Source: Lachnospirales bacterium
Lineage (GTDB): Bacteria; Bacillota; Clostridia; Lachnospirales; CAMZNU01
Direction: 5' to 3'
NCBI GenBank assembly: GCA_047973385.1
Contig: JBKEBX010000012.1
Span: 65,858 to 129,857, forward strand
DNA: 64,000 bases
In this document: piece by piece, positions 49,706 to 59,338 of the stretch
Position numbering within the stretch: the stretch's first letter is position 1
Layout of the letters: the number at the start of each line of letters is the position of its first letter
The notes under the pieces: generated by a model
What the model was told of the DNA's origin: nothing
The model's input: only the letters and a program-made list of their open reading frames with translations
Databases searched by the model: none
Program-made: the position numbers and the translations under genes

Positions 49706-50179
49706 ATGCGAGTTGGTTTTGGATATGATGTTCACAAGCTAGTTAAAGATAGACCCCTTATTTTATGTGGTGTTACTATACCCTTTGAACTTGGCCTGTT
49801 GGGTCATTCGGATGCTGATGTTGCAACCCATAGCCTTATGGATAGTATTTTAGGGGCTTTGGCTTTAGGGGACATAGGGACATTCTTCCCTGATACTGAT
49901 GATAAGTATAAAAATATTTCAAGTATGATTTTACTTGAAGAAGTTATGTTGATACTTAATGAAAAAAAATATATTATAAATAATATAGATTTAACTATTG
50001 TTGCTCAAAAACCCAAGATTTTACCCTATGTTAATGAAATGAGAAAATCTTTATCAGAAGCTTGTTGTATAGATATTGACAACATTAACGTTAAAGCTAC
50101 TACTGAGGAATATCTTGGTTTTACTGGTAATTTAGAGGGAATGAAATCTATATGTGTAGTTACAATTTTAAAAAAATGA
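49706..50179 (+). CDS. ispF: 2-C-methyl-D-erythritol 2,4-cyclodiphosphate synthase
   Basis: GFGYDVHKL...GHSDADV...DIG motifs, 157 aa. Confidence 0.96.
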   Translation: MRVGFGYDVHKLVKDRPLILCGVTIPFELGLLGHSDADVATHSLMDSILGALALGDIGTFFPDTDDKYKNISSMILLEEVMLILNEKKYIINNIDLTIVAQKPKILPYVNEMRKSLSEACCIDIDNINVKATTEEYLGFTGNLEGMKSICVVTILKK

Positions 50180-50224
50180 TAAAATATATATAAAACGATG
50201 ATAAAAGAAAGTAACATATATTTC

Positions 50225-50414
50225 TTCTTTAGAGAAAATCTGGTTGGTGAAAAGATTTGAGGTGTATATGTGAAGTGCCTTTTGGAGTTCTTTGCCGAAA
50301 ATTTAGTAGTCAAAGACGTTTGCAACGTTATAGCAGATGAGATTAGCTTGATGAGAGCTATAGAGTGGAACCGTAGCGAAGCTACCTCTTAAATATAAGA
50401 GGTAGCTTTATTTA
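50225..50414 (+). promoter_or_regulatory. T-box leader (tRNA-Cys-responsive) upstream of cysS
   Basis: AGAGA box at 50231. Distal hairpin aaatc-tggttggtgaaaa-gattt. T-box sequence AGAGTGGAACCGTAG at 50362-50376. Terminator aagctacctctt-aaatat-aagaggtagctt plus a T-rich tail. Confidence 0.75.
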
Positions 50415-50435
50415 GATTTGTGAAAGGAGATAAAT

Positions 50436-51827
50436 ATGAAAGTATATAATACTATAAGTAAGCAAAAAGAAGAGTTTATTCCTATTGAAGATAAAAAGGT
50501 TAAGATGTATGTTTGTGGACCTACTGTTTATGATTTTATTCACATAGGTAATGCAAGACCAATTGTAGTTTTTGATACTGTTAGAAGATTTTTGACATAT
50601 AAAGGGTATGAGGTTAACTATGTGTCAAATTTTACCGATATAGATGATAAGATAATAAATAAAGCTGCCATTGAGGGCGTTTCATCTTCAGAAATTTCCA
50701 ATAGATATATTGATGAAGTTATGATTGATATGGAAAAACTTAATGTTTTACCTGCCACAAAACACCCTAAGGTGACAGAAGAAGTTGACGGAATAATTGA
50801 AATGATTACGACTCTTATTGATAAGGGCTTTGCTTATGAAGTAAATGGTTCTGTGTTTTTTGATGCAGTTAAATATGAAAACTATGGTAAATTATCAAAA
50901 CGTAATATTGATGATTTATTAAGCGGAGCAAGAATAGAAATCAATACAGAGAAGAAAAATAGTGTAGACTTTGTTTTATGGAAACCTGCAAAAGATGGAG
51001 AACCTTTTTGGAAGTCGCCTTGGGGTGATGGACGTCCAGGTTGGCATATTGAATGTTCTGTTATGGCAAAAAAATATTTAGGAAATACAATTGATATTCA
51101 TGCAGGAGGCGAAGATTTAGTTTTTCCTCACCATGAAAATGAAATTGCACAAAGTGAGTGTGCAAACTCTGCAACTTTTGCAAAGTATTGGCTACACAAT
51201 GGGTTCATTAATATAGATAATCAAAAAATGTCAAAATCAAAGGGGAATTTTTTCACTTTAAGGGATATAGTAGAAAACTATTCTTATAATGAAGTTAGAT
51301 TTTTTCTTTTATCAGGTCATTATCGTTCTCCAATTAATTTTTCTAGAGAACTTATGGATTCATCAAAAAAAGGCTTAGAGAGAATTATTAATGGTGTTGA
51401 GAAACTACAGATGATTAAGGAAAATTCATCTGTAACAGGTGCCGATGAAGAAGTAAAGGTAGAATGTGATAAGTTTTTACAAGTTTTTGATGATAAGATG
51501 AGTGATGATTTTAACACTGCTGATGCAATTTCTGTTGTTTTCGATTTAGTTAAATATAGTAATATAAAAGCTGATACCATGAGTAAAGAAACAGCACATT
51601 TGTTGTTAAATACAATTAATGTAATTCTTGATATTCTAGGTGTAAAGCCTGTTCGTGAAGTGGAGTCTAACATAAGCGAAGAAGAAATTTTACAATTGAT
51701 TGAAGATAGAAAAAAAGCAAAAAAAGAAAAAGATTTTGCAAGAGCCGATGAAATCAGAAATTACTTGTTTGAAAAAGGTATTGTTATAGAAGATACAAGA
51801 CAAGGTGTAAAATGGAGTGTTAAATAA
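50436..51827 (+). CDS. cysS: cysteine--tRNA ligase
   Basis: CGPTVYDFIHIGNAR (HIGH) and KMSKSKGN motifs. Confidence 0.97.
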   Translation: MKVYNTISKQKEEFIPIEDKKVKMYVCGPTVYDFIHIGNARPIVVFDTVRRFLTYKGYEVNYVSNFTDIDDKIINKAAIEGVSSSEISNRYIDEVMIDMEKLNVLPATKHPKVTEEVDGIIEMITTLIDKGFAYEVNGSVFFDAVKYENYGKLSKRNIDDLLSGARIEINTEKKNSVDFVLWKPAKDGEPFWKSPWGDGRPGWHIECSVMAKKYLGNTIDIHAGGEDLVFPHHENEIAQSECANSATFAKYWLHNGFINIDNQKMSKSKGNFFTLRDIVENYSYNEVRFFLLSGHYRSPINFSRELMDSSKKGLERIINGVEKLQMIKENSSVTGADEEVKVECDKFLQVFDDKMSDDFNTADAISVVFDLVKYSNIKADTMSKETAHLLLNTINVILDILGVKPVREVESNISEEEILQLIEDRKKAKKEKDFARADEIRNYLFEKGIVIEDTRQGVKWSVK

Positions 51828-52270
51828 TGGATTTAGATTTTGAAAGTACTTTATTACAAAAAACACTAAAAGAAAATAATAATAATAATAAAGCTATTAT
51901 AAATGGATATGGCAGTCTTTCCCTTGCTTATATAGGTGATGCAGTTTTTGAAATATTTGCAAGAAGTAAAGTAGTTATGGAAAATAATAGTAATGTAAAT
52001 AAAATGAATAATTTCACGAAGAAATATGTAAAGGCAGTTTCACAGGCCAAAATGTATCATAAAGCCCTTGAAATAGCCACAGAAGAAGAAATTGGTGTAC
52101 TTAGACGTGGACGCAATGCGAAAGCTAACCATAATGCTAAAAATGCATCTGTTGGCGAATATAAACAAGCCACAGGTCTTGAGGCACTTTTTGGATATTT
52201 GTACTTAACGGGACAAATAGATAGACTAGAAGAAATGTTTCGATATATTATAACTGTATTAGATGAATAG
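51827..52270 (+). CDS. mrnC: Mini-ribonuclease 3
   Basis: LAYIGDAVFE RNase III-like motif; position after cysS as in B. subtilis yazC. Confidence 0.88.
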   Translation: MDLDFESTLLQKTLKENNNNNKAIINGYGSLSLAYIGDAVFEIFARSKVVMENNSNVNKMNNFTKKYVKAVSQAKMYHKALEIATEEEIGVLRRGRNAKANHNAKNASVGEYKQATGLEALFGYLYLTGQIDRLEEMFRYIITVLDE

Positions 52271-52278
52271 GAGAAAAA

Positions 52279-53184
52279 ATGGCATACAACAAAGATAAAA
52301 AGAAAAGTGTGAAGAACTCTAAAAGTAGTTTTAAGAAAAACGACTTTAAAAAAAGTGACCGTAAAAAAAGCGACAAAGGTAGCTTTAAGAAAAATGATTT
52401 AGATAAAAGTAAAAAAACTAGAGATTTTGAAGATGACGAAAATGAAATTAATGAACTTCAACTTGAGGGTAGAAACCCAATACTTGCAGCTTTAAATGCA
52501 GATAAGAATATTGATAAGATTTTCTTTAAAAAAGGGGAAATTGAAGGTACTCTTAGAGTTATAAAAGCAAAAGCTATGGAAAAAGGTATAGTTTGCATAG
52601 AAACATCTAAAAATAGTTTAGATGAAATGTCAAGAAGTCATAATCATCAAGGTGTTATAGCTATTTGTCCTGCTAAAGAGTATGTTGAAGTAGAAGATAT
52701 TTTGAATTTTGCCAAAGAAAAAGGAGAAGAACCGTTAATTTTAATTTTAGACGGAATAACAGATACTTATAACTTAGGTGCGATAATTAGAACAGCACAT
52801 GTTTGTGGTGTTCATGGTATAATCATACCTAAAAGACGTTCAGCCACTTTAAACCATGGTGCATCTAAGGCATCTGCTGGGGCGATAAGCTTTGTTAATG
52901 TTGCAAAAGTTACAAACCTTTCAAGAGAAATTGAATATTTACAAAGTAAAGGCGTTTGGGTTGTAGGCACAGACTTTGATGGCAAGAAAATGTATGATGT
53001 TGATATGAAAATACCAACTGCTATTGTAATAGGTAGCGAAGGTGAGGGTATATCAAGCCTTGTTAAAAAGAAATGTGACTTTGTGGCTAAAATACCACAG
53101 ACAAATGATGAAATAGGTTCGTTAAACGCATCTGTTGCTACTGGTGTAATACTTTATGAGGCTGTAAGACAAAGAATTATGTAA
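52279..53184 (+). CDS. rlmB: 23S rRNA (guanosine-2'-O)-methyltransferase RlmB/YacO-like SpoU methyltransferase with a Lys-rich N-terminal extension
   Basis: EGRNPILAAL..., SpoU motifs (LDGITDTYNLGAIIRTA, IGSEGEGIS, GSLNASVA), synteny. Confidence 0.88.
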   Translation: MAYNKDKKKSVKNSKSSFKKNDFKKSDRKKSDKGSFKKNDLDKSKKTRDFEDDENEINELQLEGRNPILAALNADKNIDKIFFKKGEIEGTLRVIKAKAMEKGIVCIETSKNSLDEMSRSHNHQGVIAICPAKEYVEVEDILNFAKEKGEEPLILILDGITDTYNLGAIIRTAHVCGVHGIIIPKRRSATLNHGASKASAGAISFVNVAKVTNLSREIEYLQSKGVWVVGTDFDGKKMYDVDMKIPTAIVIGSEGEGISSLVKKKCDFVAKIPQTNDEIGSLNASVATGVILYEAVRQRIM

Positions 53185-53196
53185 TGGGGGCTATTA

Positions 53197-53814
53197 ATGG
53201 GTATTGATTATAGAAAATTAAATGATGAAGAATTAGTTAAGTTTGCATTAGATAACGAAGTTGCTCAAGAAGTTCTAATAAATCGATACTATAAGCAAGT
53301 AGAGATAATCAGCCGTTCATATTTTATATCAGGTAGTGATAGCGAAGATGTATTTCAAGAGGGGCTTATTGGCTTGTCTAACTCCATAAAAGCGTATAGA
53401 CATGGTGATGTGAAGTTTAGAACTTTTGCAAGTGTATGTATAGAAAGACAAATTTTAACGGCTGTTAAATCTGCTAATAGAAAAAAACATTTAGTCTTGT
53501 CACAAGCTTTATCTTATAACAGAGAAGTTGCTGATGAAAACTTTGAGCATGAATATATTTCTTATATGGAGAGTAATGCTAGTATTTATAACCCTGAAAA
53601 GATTATTTTATCAAGAGAAAATGTTAAGAATATAAAAAATAGTGTTTATGCTATACTATCTTCTATTGAAAAAGACGTTTTATACTTATATTTAAGAGGC
53701 GAAAGCTATGAAGATATTGGTAGTAAAATTTCAAAGGATACTAAGGCAGTTGATAATGCAATACAGAGAATACGAAAAAAATTAAAAATTGAAATTAACA
53801 AAATGGAGGTTTAA
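53197..53814 (+). CDS. sigH: RNA polymerase sporulation sigma factor SigH
   Basis: Sigma-70 region 2 (DVFQEGLIGL) and region 4; synteny with cysS-mrnC-rlmB. Confidence 0.88.
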   Translation: MGIDYRKLNDEELVKFALDNEVAQEVLINRYYKQVEIISRSYFISGSDSEDVFQEGLIGLSNSIKAYRHGDVKFRTFASVCIERQILTAVKSANRKKHLVLSQALSYNREVADENFEHEYISYMESNASIYNPEKIILSRENVKNIKNSVYAILSSIEKDVLYLYLRGESYEDIGSKISKDTKAVDNAIQRIRKKLKIEINKMEV

Positions 53815-53815
53815 A

Positions 53816-54367
53816 ATGAGCGAACATTTACCTAAAAACATAAATGAACATCTTACATTTAACAAAGAAAATTTTAAGGAAATATACGTAGCTGGTGGGT
53901 GCTACTGGGGTACTCAAGCATATATGGACAGGATTAAAGGTGTATATAAATCATCAGTTGGTTTTGCAAATGGTGTTGTAGAAAACCCAACCTATGAAGA
54001 AGTGTGTTTAGGTGATACAGGCCATGCTGAAACCACATACATTGTATATGATACAACTTACACTGATTTATTAACAATACTTGAAAGTTACTTTGAAACT
54101 ATAAATCCTACAACAATAAATCGTCAAGGTTTAGACCGTGGAACCCAGTATAGATCAGGAATTTACTATACTAATGAAAGTGATTTAGCTATTATAAAAG
54201 GATTTATAGATGACAAGCAAAAAGATTACGCTAAAGAAATAGTTGTCGAAGTTCTGCCACTTAACTGTTATTATATAGCTCATGAAGAACACCAAAAGTA
54301 TTTAGAAAAAAACAAAAACGGCTATTGCCATGTAAATTTAGATATACTTAGAGAAAAAGAACAATAG
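53816..54367 (+). CDS. msrA: peptide-methionine (S)-S-oxide reductase
   Basis: AGGCYWG (GCFWG-type) active site. Start at MSEHLP behind GGAGG. Confidence 0.92.
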   Translation: MSEHLPKNINEHLTFNKENFKEIYVAGGCYWGTQAYMDRIKGVYKSSVGFANGVVENPTYEEVCLGDTGHAETTYIVYDTTYTDLLTILESYFETINPTTINRQGLDRGTQYRSGIYYTNESDLAIIKGFIDDKQKDYAKEIVVEVLPLNCYYIAHEEHQKYLEKNKNGYCHVNLDILREKEQ

Positions 54368-54374
54368 GAAAAAT

Positions 54375-54416
54375 AAAAACATCACAAATTTCAACTTGAA
54401 ATTTGTGATGTTTTTT
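54375..54416. terminator. bidirectional terminator
   Basis: aaaaacatcacaaatttcaa-c-ttgaaatttgtgatgttttt. Confidence 0.9.
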
Positions 54417-54426
54417 AGTTTTAAAG

Positions 54427-55065
54427 TTAGTTAGCTACATCATCGTTTTTAGGTGTAATATCGTTTAGAGATTCCAAAGTAGGCGTTTCTGTTTCATTAG
54501 AAATTTTTTCAACAACTGCATCTTTAACTTCAGGTGCTTCAACAGATTCTACATTACCTACAGAGCTGCCCTCTTTCTTTTGTTGCTTTGAAAGTTCTTT
54601 TTCTGCTTTTTTATCAGCTTTAGCCTGAGCTTTTGCTTGGGCTTTTTCTTCAGCTTTTTGAACTTTTTCTTCTGCCTTTTGTTCAGCTTTTTGGATTTTC
54701 TCTTCAGCTTTTTGTTCAGCTTTTTGAACTTTTTCTTCAGCCTTTTTAGCTTTTCTTACTTCTTTAAATTCTTGACCCATTTTAATTTGGTAAAAAATTA
54801 TAGAAACTACATTAAGGACAGTTATAACAATAAGAAATACACCTGTTGCGATGAAAGTGTTGTCTATCAACGCTTCAATGTCATTACCTTGGAAAACATG
54901 TATACGGAAAACGTATATTTGTGCAAAAAGAGTTACTGAGCATAAAAATGTACTAAAAAATGAAGTTACAAGAACAAACTTGTTGTTGTAAATAGCAATG
55001 AGTGGTAAGAAAATCGCAAGGACTGCCATTACAACACTGATTACGTTAACTACAAAAGGTGACAT
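54427..55065 (-). CDS. membrane protein (4 TM) with a cytoplasmic K/A/E-rich repeat tail
   Basis: N-terminal hydrophobic helices, then KAEEKVQKAEQKAEEKIQKAEQKAEEKVQKAEEKAQAKAQAKA. Confidence 0.6.
   Translation of the reverse strand: MSPFVVNVISVVMAVLAIFLPLIAIYNNKFVLVTSFFSTFLCSVTLFAQIYVFRIHVFQGNDIEALIDNTFIATGVFLIVITVLNVVSIIFYQIKMGQEFKEVRKAKKAEEKVQKAEQKAEEKIQKAEQKAEEKVQKAEEKAQAKAQAKADKKAEKELSKQQKKEGSSVGNVESVEAPEVKDAVVEKISNETETPTLESLNDITPKNDDVAN
54649..54747 (-). repeat. 3 x 33-bp in-frame tandem repeat (KAE(E/Q)K units)
   Basis: ttcagctttttgaactttttcttctgccttttg / ttcagctttttggattttctcttcagctttttg / ttcagctttttgaactttttcttcagccttttt. Confidence 0.9.
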
Positions 55066-55182
55066 AAAAATTCCTCCTAACTTTTTGTTAGCCTTGCTAA
55101 CAATTTTAATGTGTGATTATTTGTTTTTCATTTTAATTATATATTACATAGAACAATTTGTAAATATTAAAGTTAAATTATT

Positions 55183-57285
55183 TTATAAAGTATCTTTATG
55201 AGATAGGTTAATTCTTCCTTGCTCATCAATTTCCATAACTTTAACTTTTAAAGAGTCGCCTACGTTTACAACGTCAGTAACTTTTTCAGTACGTTCTTTA
55301 GCAAGTTTAGATATATGAACTAGACCTTCTTTACCAGGTGCAAATTCAACGAAAGCACCAAAGTTCATAATTCTTGTAACTGTACCATCAAAAACAGTAC
55401 CAACTTCAGGGTCAAAAGCAATGCCTTTAATCATTTCAATTGCTTTATTAATTTTTTCTTGGCTCATATCAGCGATGTAAATTGTACCGTCATCTTCAGT
55501 ATCAATTTTCTCAACACCACTTTCTTCAAGAATAATTTTAATAGTCTTACCTCTTGAACCAATAACTTCTGCGATTTTTTCAACAGGAATACTAATTTGT
55601 TGAATTTTTGGTGCATAATCAGAAATTTGAGGTCTAACTTCAGGTATTGCTTTAAGCATTATGTCATCAAGTATATATTGTCTTGCTTCGTTCGTTTGAA
55701 CGAGAGATTTTTTAATAATTTCAGGTGTAAGACCTTCAATCTTGATATCCATTTGGATAGCCGTAATACCATTTTTTGTACCAGCAACTTTAAAGTCCAT
55801 ATCTCCGAAAAAGTCTTCAATACCTTGAATATCTGTAAGAAGTACAAAATCATTAACGTCAGCACCTGTTACAAGACCAACAGATATACCAGCAACAGGA
55901 GCTTTTATAGGTACACCAGCTGCCATAAGAGATAAAGTAGAACCACATACAGAAGCTTGAGATGTAGAACCGTTTGATGAAACTACTTCTGATACAAGTC
56001 TAATTGCATATGGGAAATCTTCTTCTGATGGTATAACAGGTAGTAAGGCACGTTCTGCTAAAGCACCATGACCTATTTCACGACGACCAGGGCCACGACT
56101 TGGTCTTGTTTCACCAACGGAATAACTTGGGAAGTTATAGTGGTGCATATATCGTTTGTTATCTTCTGATGTATCAAGCCCATCAAGTCTTTGAACTTCT
56201 CCCATTGAACCAAGAGTTGTAACAGTAAGAACTTGTGTTTGACCTCTTTTGAAAATTGCAGAACCGTGAGTTCTTTTTAATATGTCAACTTCAGCAGTAA
56301 GTTCACGAATTTGGTCAAGTTTACGACCATCAGGACGCTTGTGTTGTTCTAAAATCATACGACGTACAGTAGTTTTTTCAAACTTATACATAGCCTCATT
56401 TATTGATTTTTCAAGCTCTGAAGGGTTTTCGATATCTTCAGTTACAAGTTTTTGAATAACTTCTTCTTTAAGTGCTGAAACTTTTTCATCACGAATTTGT
56501 TTAAAGTCTGTGAAAACAGCTTCTTCCATACGGTCATCAGTAACGATTTCTACAACTTTGTTGTATACGTCCATATCAACGCCGCTTTCGATATATTCTT
56601 TTTTAGGCTTACCAACTTCGGCAACAATTGAATCTATAAATTCTACAAGTTTAACGTTTTCTTCATGAGCAAACATGATAGCCTCAAACATTTTATCGTC
56701 AGATATTTCGTTAGCTCCAGCCTCAATCATCATAACTTTATCCTTTGTTGAGGATACAGTAAGTGCAAGGTCTGATTTTTCACGTTCTTCAGCATTTGGA
56801 TTTATAACAAGTTTATCATCAACTAAACCAACGTTTAAAGAGCCAATTGTTTTTTGGAAAGGAATATCAGAAATTGAAAGGGCAATTGACGCACCTATCA
56901 TAGCACAAACTTCTGGGCTATAATCTTGGTCAACAGAAAGTACAGTAGCAACTATGGCAACGTCATTTCTATAATCTTTAGGGAAAAGTGGTCTAATAGG
57001 TCTATCTATAACACGAGAAGTAAGAACGGCACGTTCTGATGCACGACCTTCACGTTTTAAGAAACCACCAGGTATTTTACCAACTGAATAAAGGCGTTCT
57101 TCATAATCAATTGATAAAGGGAAAAAGTCGATACCATCTCTAGGTTTTTCACTAGCAGTAGCTGTAACAAGTACAGAAGTATCGCCATAATGCATGATAA
57201 CAGCACCGTTTGCAAGTTCGGCAACTCTGCCGATTTCAGCTGAAATTGTTTTACCAGCTAAATTGTGTTCGAAAATTTTAACCAT
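55183..57285 (-). CDS. pnp: polyribonucleotide nucleotidyltransferase (PNPase)
   Basis: Two RNase PH domains plus KH and S1, 700 aa. Start at MVKIFEH behind GGAGG. Confidence 0.97.
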   Translation of the reverse strand: MVKIFEHNLAGKTISAEIGRVAELANGAVIMHYGDTSVLVTATASEKPRDGIDFFPLSIDYEERLYSVGKIPGGFLKREGRASERAVLTSRVIDRPIRPLFPKDYRNDVAIVATVLSVDQDYSPEVCAMIGASIALSISDIPFQKTIGSLNVGLVDDKLVINPNAEEREKSDLALTVSSTKDKVMMIEAGANEISDDKMFEAIMFAHEENVKLVEFIDSIVAEVGKPKKEYIESGVDMDVYNKVVEIVTDDRMEEAVFTDFKQIRDEKVSALKEEVIQKLVTEDIENPSELEKSINEAMYKFEKTTVRRMILEQHKRPDGRKLDQIRELTAEVDILKRTHGSAIFKRGQTQVLTVTTLGSMGEVQRLDGLDTSEDNKRYMHHYNFPSYSVGETRPSRGPGRREIGHGALAERALLPVIPSEEDFPYAIRLVSEVVSSNGSTSQASVCGSTLSLMAAGVPIKAPVAGISVGLVTGADVNDFVLLTDIQGIEDFFGDMDFKVAGTKNGITAIQMDIKIEGLTPEIIKKSLVQTNEARQYILDDIMLKAIPEVRPQISDYAPKIQQISIPVEKIAEVIGSRGKTIKIILEESGVEKIDTEDDGTIYIADMSQEKINKAIEMIKGIAFDPEVGTVFDGTVTRIMNFGAFVEFAPGKEGLVHISKLAKERTEKVTDVVNVGDSLKVKVMEIDEQGRINLSHKDTL

Positions 57286-57324
57286 AATAACCTCCATCTT
57301 TGGTTGAAATTTGACTTTGGTATT

Positions 57325-57398
57325 GCCTAGTCTAATTTATAAGAATTTTTATGAAAGCAAAGGCACTCATAAAAACTCTCATATAGATTAGAATAGGC
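57325..57398 (-). promoter_or_regulatory. nested long hairpin in the rpsO-pnp intergenic leader
   Basis: Outer arms gcctagtctaat / attagaataggc (one mismatch); inner arms tttatga / tcataaa. Confidence 0.45.
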
Positions 57399-57414
57399 TT
57401 ACATAACGACTAAA

Positions 57415-57440
57415 GGCTGTTGTAAAAAATCACAACAGCC
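57415..57440 (-). terminator. rpsO terminator/attenuator hairpin
   Basis: ggctgttgt-aaaaaat-cacaacagcc. Confidence 0.7.
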
Positions 57441-57449
57441 TAATAATAA

Positions 57450-57707
57450 TTATTTTCTGATACCTAAATCAGCAATGAGTTCACGGTATTTAACAATGTC
57501 ATTGTTTTTGATATAGTTAAGTAAACCTTTACGTTGACCAACTAACATTAAAAGTCCACGACGTGAATGGTGATCTTTCTTATGCACTTTTAAATGCTCT
57601 GTTAAGTGGTTGATTCTAGCTGTAAGAAGTGCAACTTGTACTTCTGGAGAACCAGTATCTTGTGGGTTTCTACCGTATTTTGTGATAATTTCTTGTTTTG
57701 TCATCAT
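57450..57707 (-). CDS. rpsO: 30S ribosomal protein S15
   Basis: [37 protein letters not shown]. Confidence 0.97.
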   Translation of the reverse strand: MMTKQEIITKYGRNPQDTGSPEVQVALLTARINHLTEHLKVHKKDHHSRRGLLMLVGQRKGLLNYIKNNDIVKYRELIADLGIRK

Positions 57708-57794
57708 TTGAACAAAACCTCCTATAATATATTTTTTGCCAAAAACTAAGTAATAGGACGGAGAACCCTATAACTGAGTATCGGCACACATATT

Positions 57795-57823
57795 AGTATA
57801 ACATATTTACTGTAGATTATCAA
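57795..57823 (-). promoter_or_regulatory. putative sigmaA promoter of rpsO
   Basis: Minus strand: TTGATA, 17-nt spacer, TATACT. Confidence 0.5.
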
Positions 57824-57852
57824 CAATTTTTAATAAGTTTCTTAGATTTTTT

Positions 57853-58614
57853 TTATACGCTCCAAGGAGTGAGTAATTTTTCTAGAACATCTAACAAAAT
57901 AAATATGGAAAAACCGATTAAACTAAGCAAAACTATACCTGTATACATATGTATGTAATTTGCAGATTGAAACATATCCATAATATAATAGCCAAGTCCA
58001 CCGTTTTTAGTGCCGAAAGTTTCAGTAAAAAACAGTACACTTATTGCCGTCCCAGTAGCTATTTTTAATGTTACAAAAAGTTGTTTAATAATAATAGGTA
58101 TAACAATGTAACAAAAAGTTTTTAACTTGCTTGCGCCCATAATTTTGAAGTAATTAAAATTACTTTTAGGTATATTTTGTATAGCACTTCTGACACTTGT
58201 TATAATTTGGAAAATAAGTATAGAAACAATCATAATAATTTTTGATGTTTCACCAAGACCAAAAGTCAAAATCACAATAGGAAGAAGTGCAAGTTTTGGG
58301 ATAGGGTAGGTTAGGTAAACAATGGGACTTAAAATACTATCGACTATTTTATTATAAGCCATAGATGCACCGATTATTGTCCCTAAAAAAACAGATATAA
58401 ACATTCCAATAGTTATACGTCTTAAACTATATAACACATGATTAAAAGTTTCGGGTTTGCTTAAAACTTCAGGTATATCAGCGAAAACCATAAAGGGACT
58501 AGGTAATATTTTACTATCTAATACAATACTTAAGATATACCATACAAGTATAAGAATGGGAATTGCAATAAGTATACCGATATATTTATTGAATTTGAAT
58601 TTTTTATTTATCAT
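57853..58614 (-). CDS. ABC transporter permease (NitT/TauT-SsuC type)
   Basis: 6-TM BPD-type permease pattern, 253 aa. Confidence 0.8.
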   Translation of the reverse strand: MINKKFKFNKYIGILIAIPILILVWYILSIVLDSKILPSPFMVFADIPEVLSKPETFNHVLYSLRRITIGMFISVFLGTIIGASMAYNKIVDSILSPIVYLTYPIPKLALLPIVILTFGLGETSKIIMIVSILIFQIITSVRSAIQNIPKSNFNYFKIMGASKLKTFCYIVIPIIIKQLFVTLKIATGTAISVLFFTETFGTKNGGLGYYIMDMFQSANYIHMYTGIVLLSLIGFSIFILLDVLEKLLTPWSV

Positions 58615-58621
58615 AATACAC

Positions 58622-59332
58622 CTAAATATTAAACAACTTACGAGTTTCTTTTACTTTTTGTAAAAAACCATCGCTAGTTTTATCTAATCCTTTTTCGTTA
58701 TCGAAAGCTTCTATAATTGTGCTTGGGTTGTCTCCTAAAATTATTATTTTATCTCCTAAATAAAGGGCTTCCTCTATACTGTGAGTAATAAGTAAAGTTG
58801 TACATTTTTGTTTGTCTAAATAGTTTAATAACTCTTTTTGCATTTCTTCACGTGTAAAATAATCTAAAGCTGAAAAAGGTTCATCTAATAGGAAAAGGCT
58901 AGGGTTTTGAACAATACTTCTAAGAAATGAAACCTTTTGTTTTTGCCCACCACTAAGTTCGTTAGGATATTTGTTTTTATGTTCATACATACCATAACTT
59001 TTCATAAGATTTTCAATGTAACACTTGTCAATGGGCATTTTTTTTATTTTCAACCCAAGAATAATATTTTGATATATATTTTTAAAATTATATAAATCAT
59101 AATGTTGGGTACTCATAGCGATTTTAACATCTTTATTAATGATAGGTTTTTTATTGAAAATTATCTCACCGTCATAGTCAATCAAGTTTGTGATAGCATT
59201 AAAAATCGAAGTTTTGCCTGAACCTGTAAAACCTAAAAATACGCAAATTTCACCATTATTAATAGTGAAATTTACGTTATCTATTACTTTTACATCGTCA
59301 TATTTGATACTTAAGTTTTTAAGCTCTAACAT
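58622..59332 (-). CDS. ABC transporter ATP-binding protein
   Basis: GFTGSGKTS Walker A, LSGGQKQK signature, LFLLDEPFSALD Walker B. Confidence 0.92.
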   Translation of the reverse strand: MLELKNLSIKYDDVKVIDNVNFTINNGEICVFLGFTGSGKTSIFNAITNLIDYDGEIIFNKKPIINKDVKIAMSTQHYDLYNFKNIYQNIILGLKIKKMPIDKCYIENLMKSYGMYEHKNKYPNELSGGQKQKVSFLRSIVQNPSLFLLDEPFSALDYFTREEMQKELLNYLDKQKCTTLLITHSIEEALYLGDKIIILGDNPSTIIEAFDNEKGLDKTSDGFLQKVKETRKLFNI

Positions 59333-59338
59333 AAAAAT

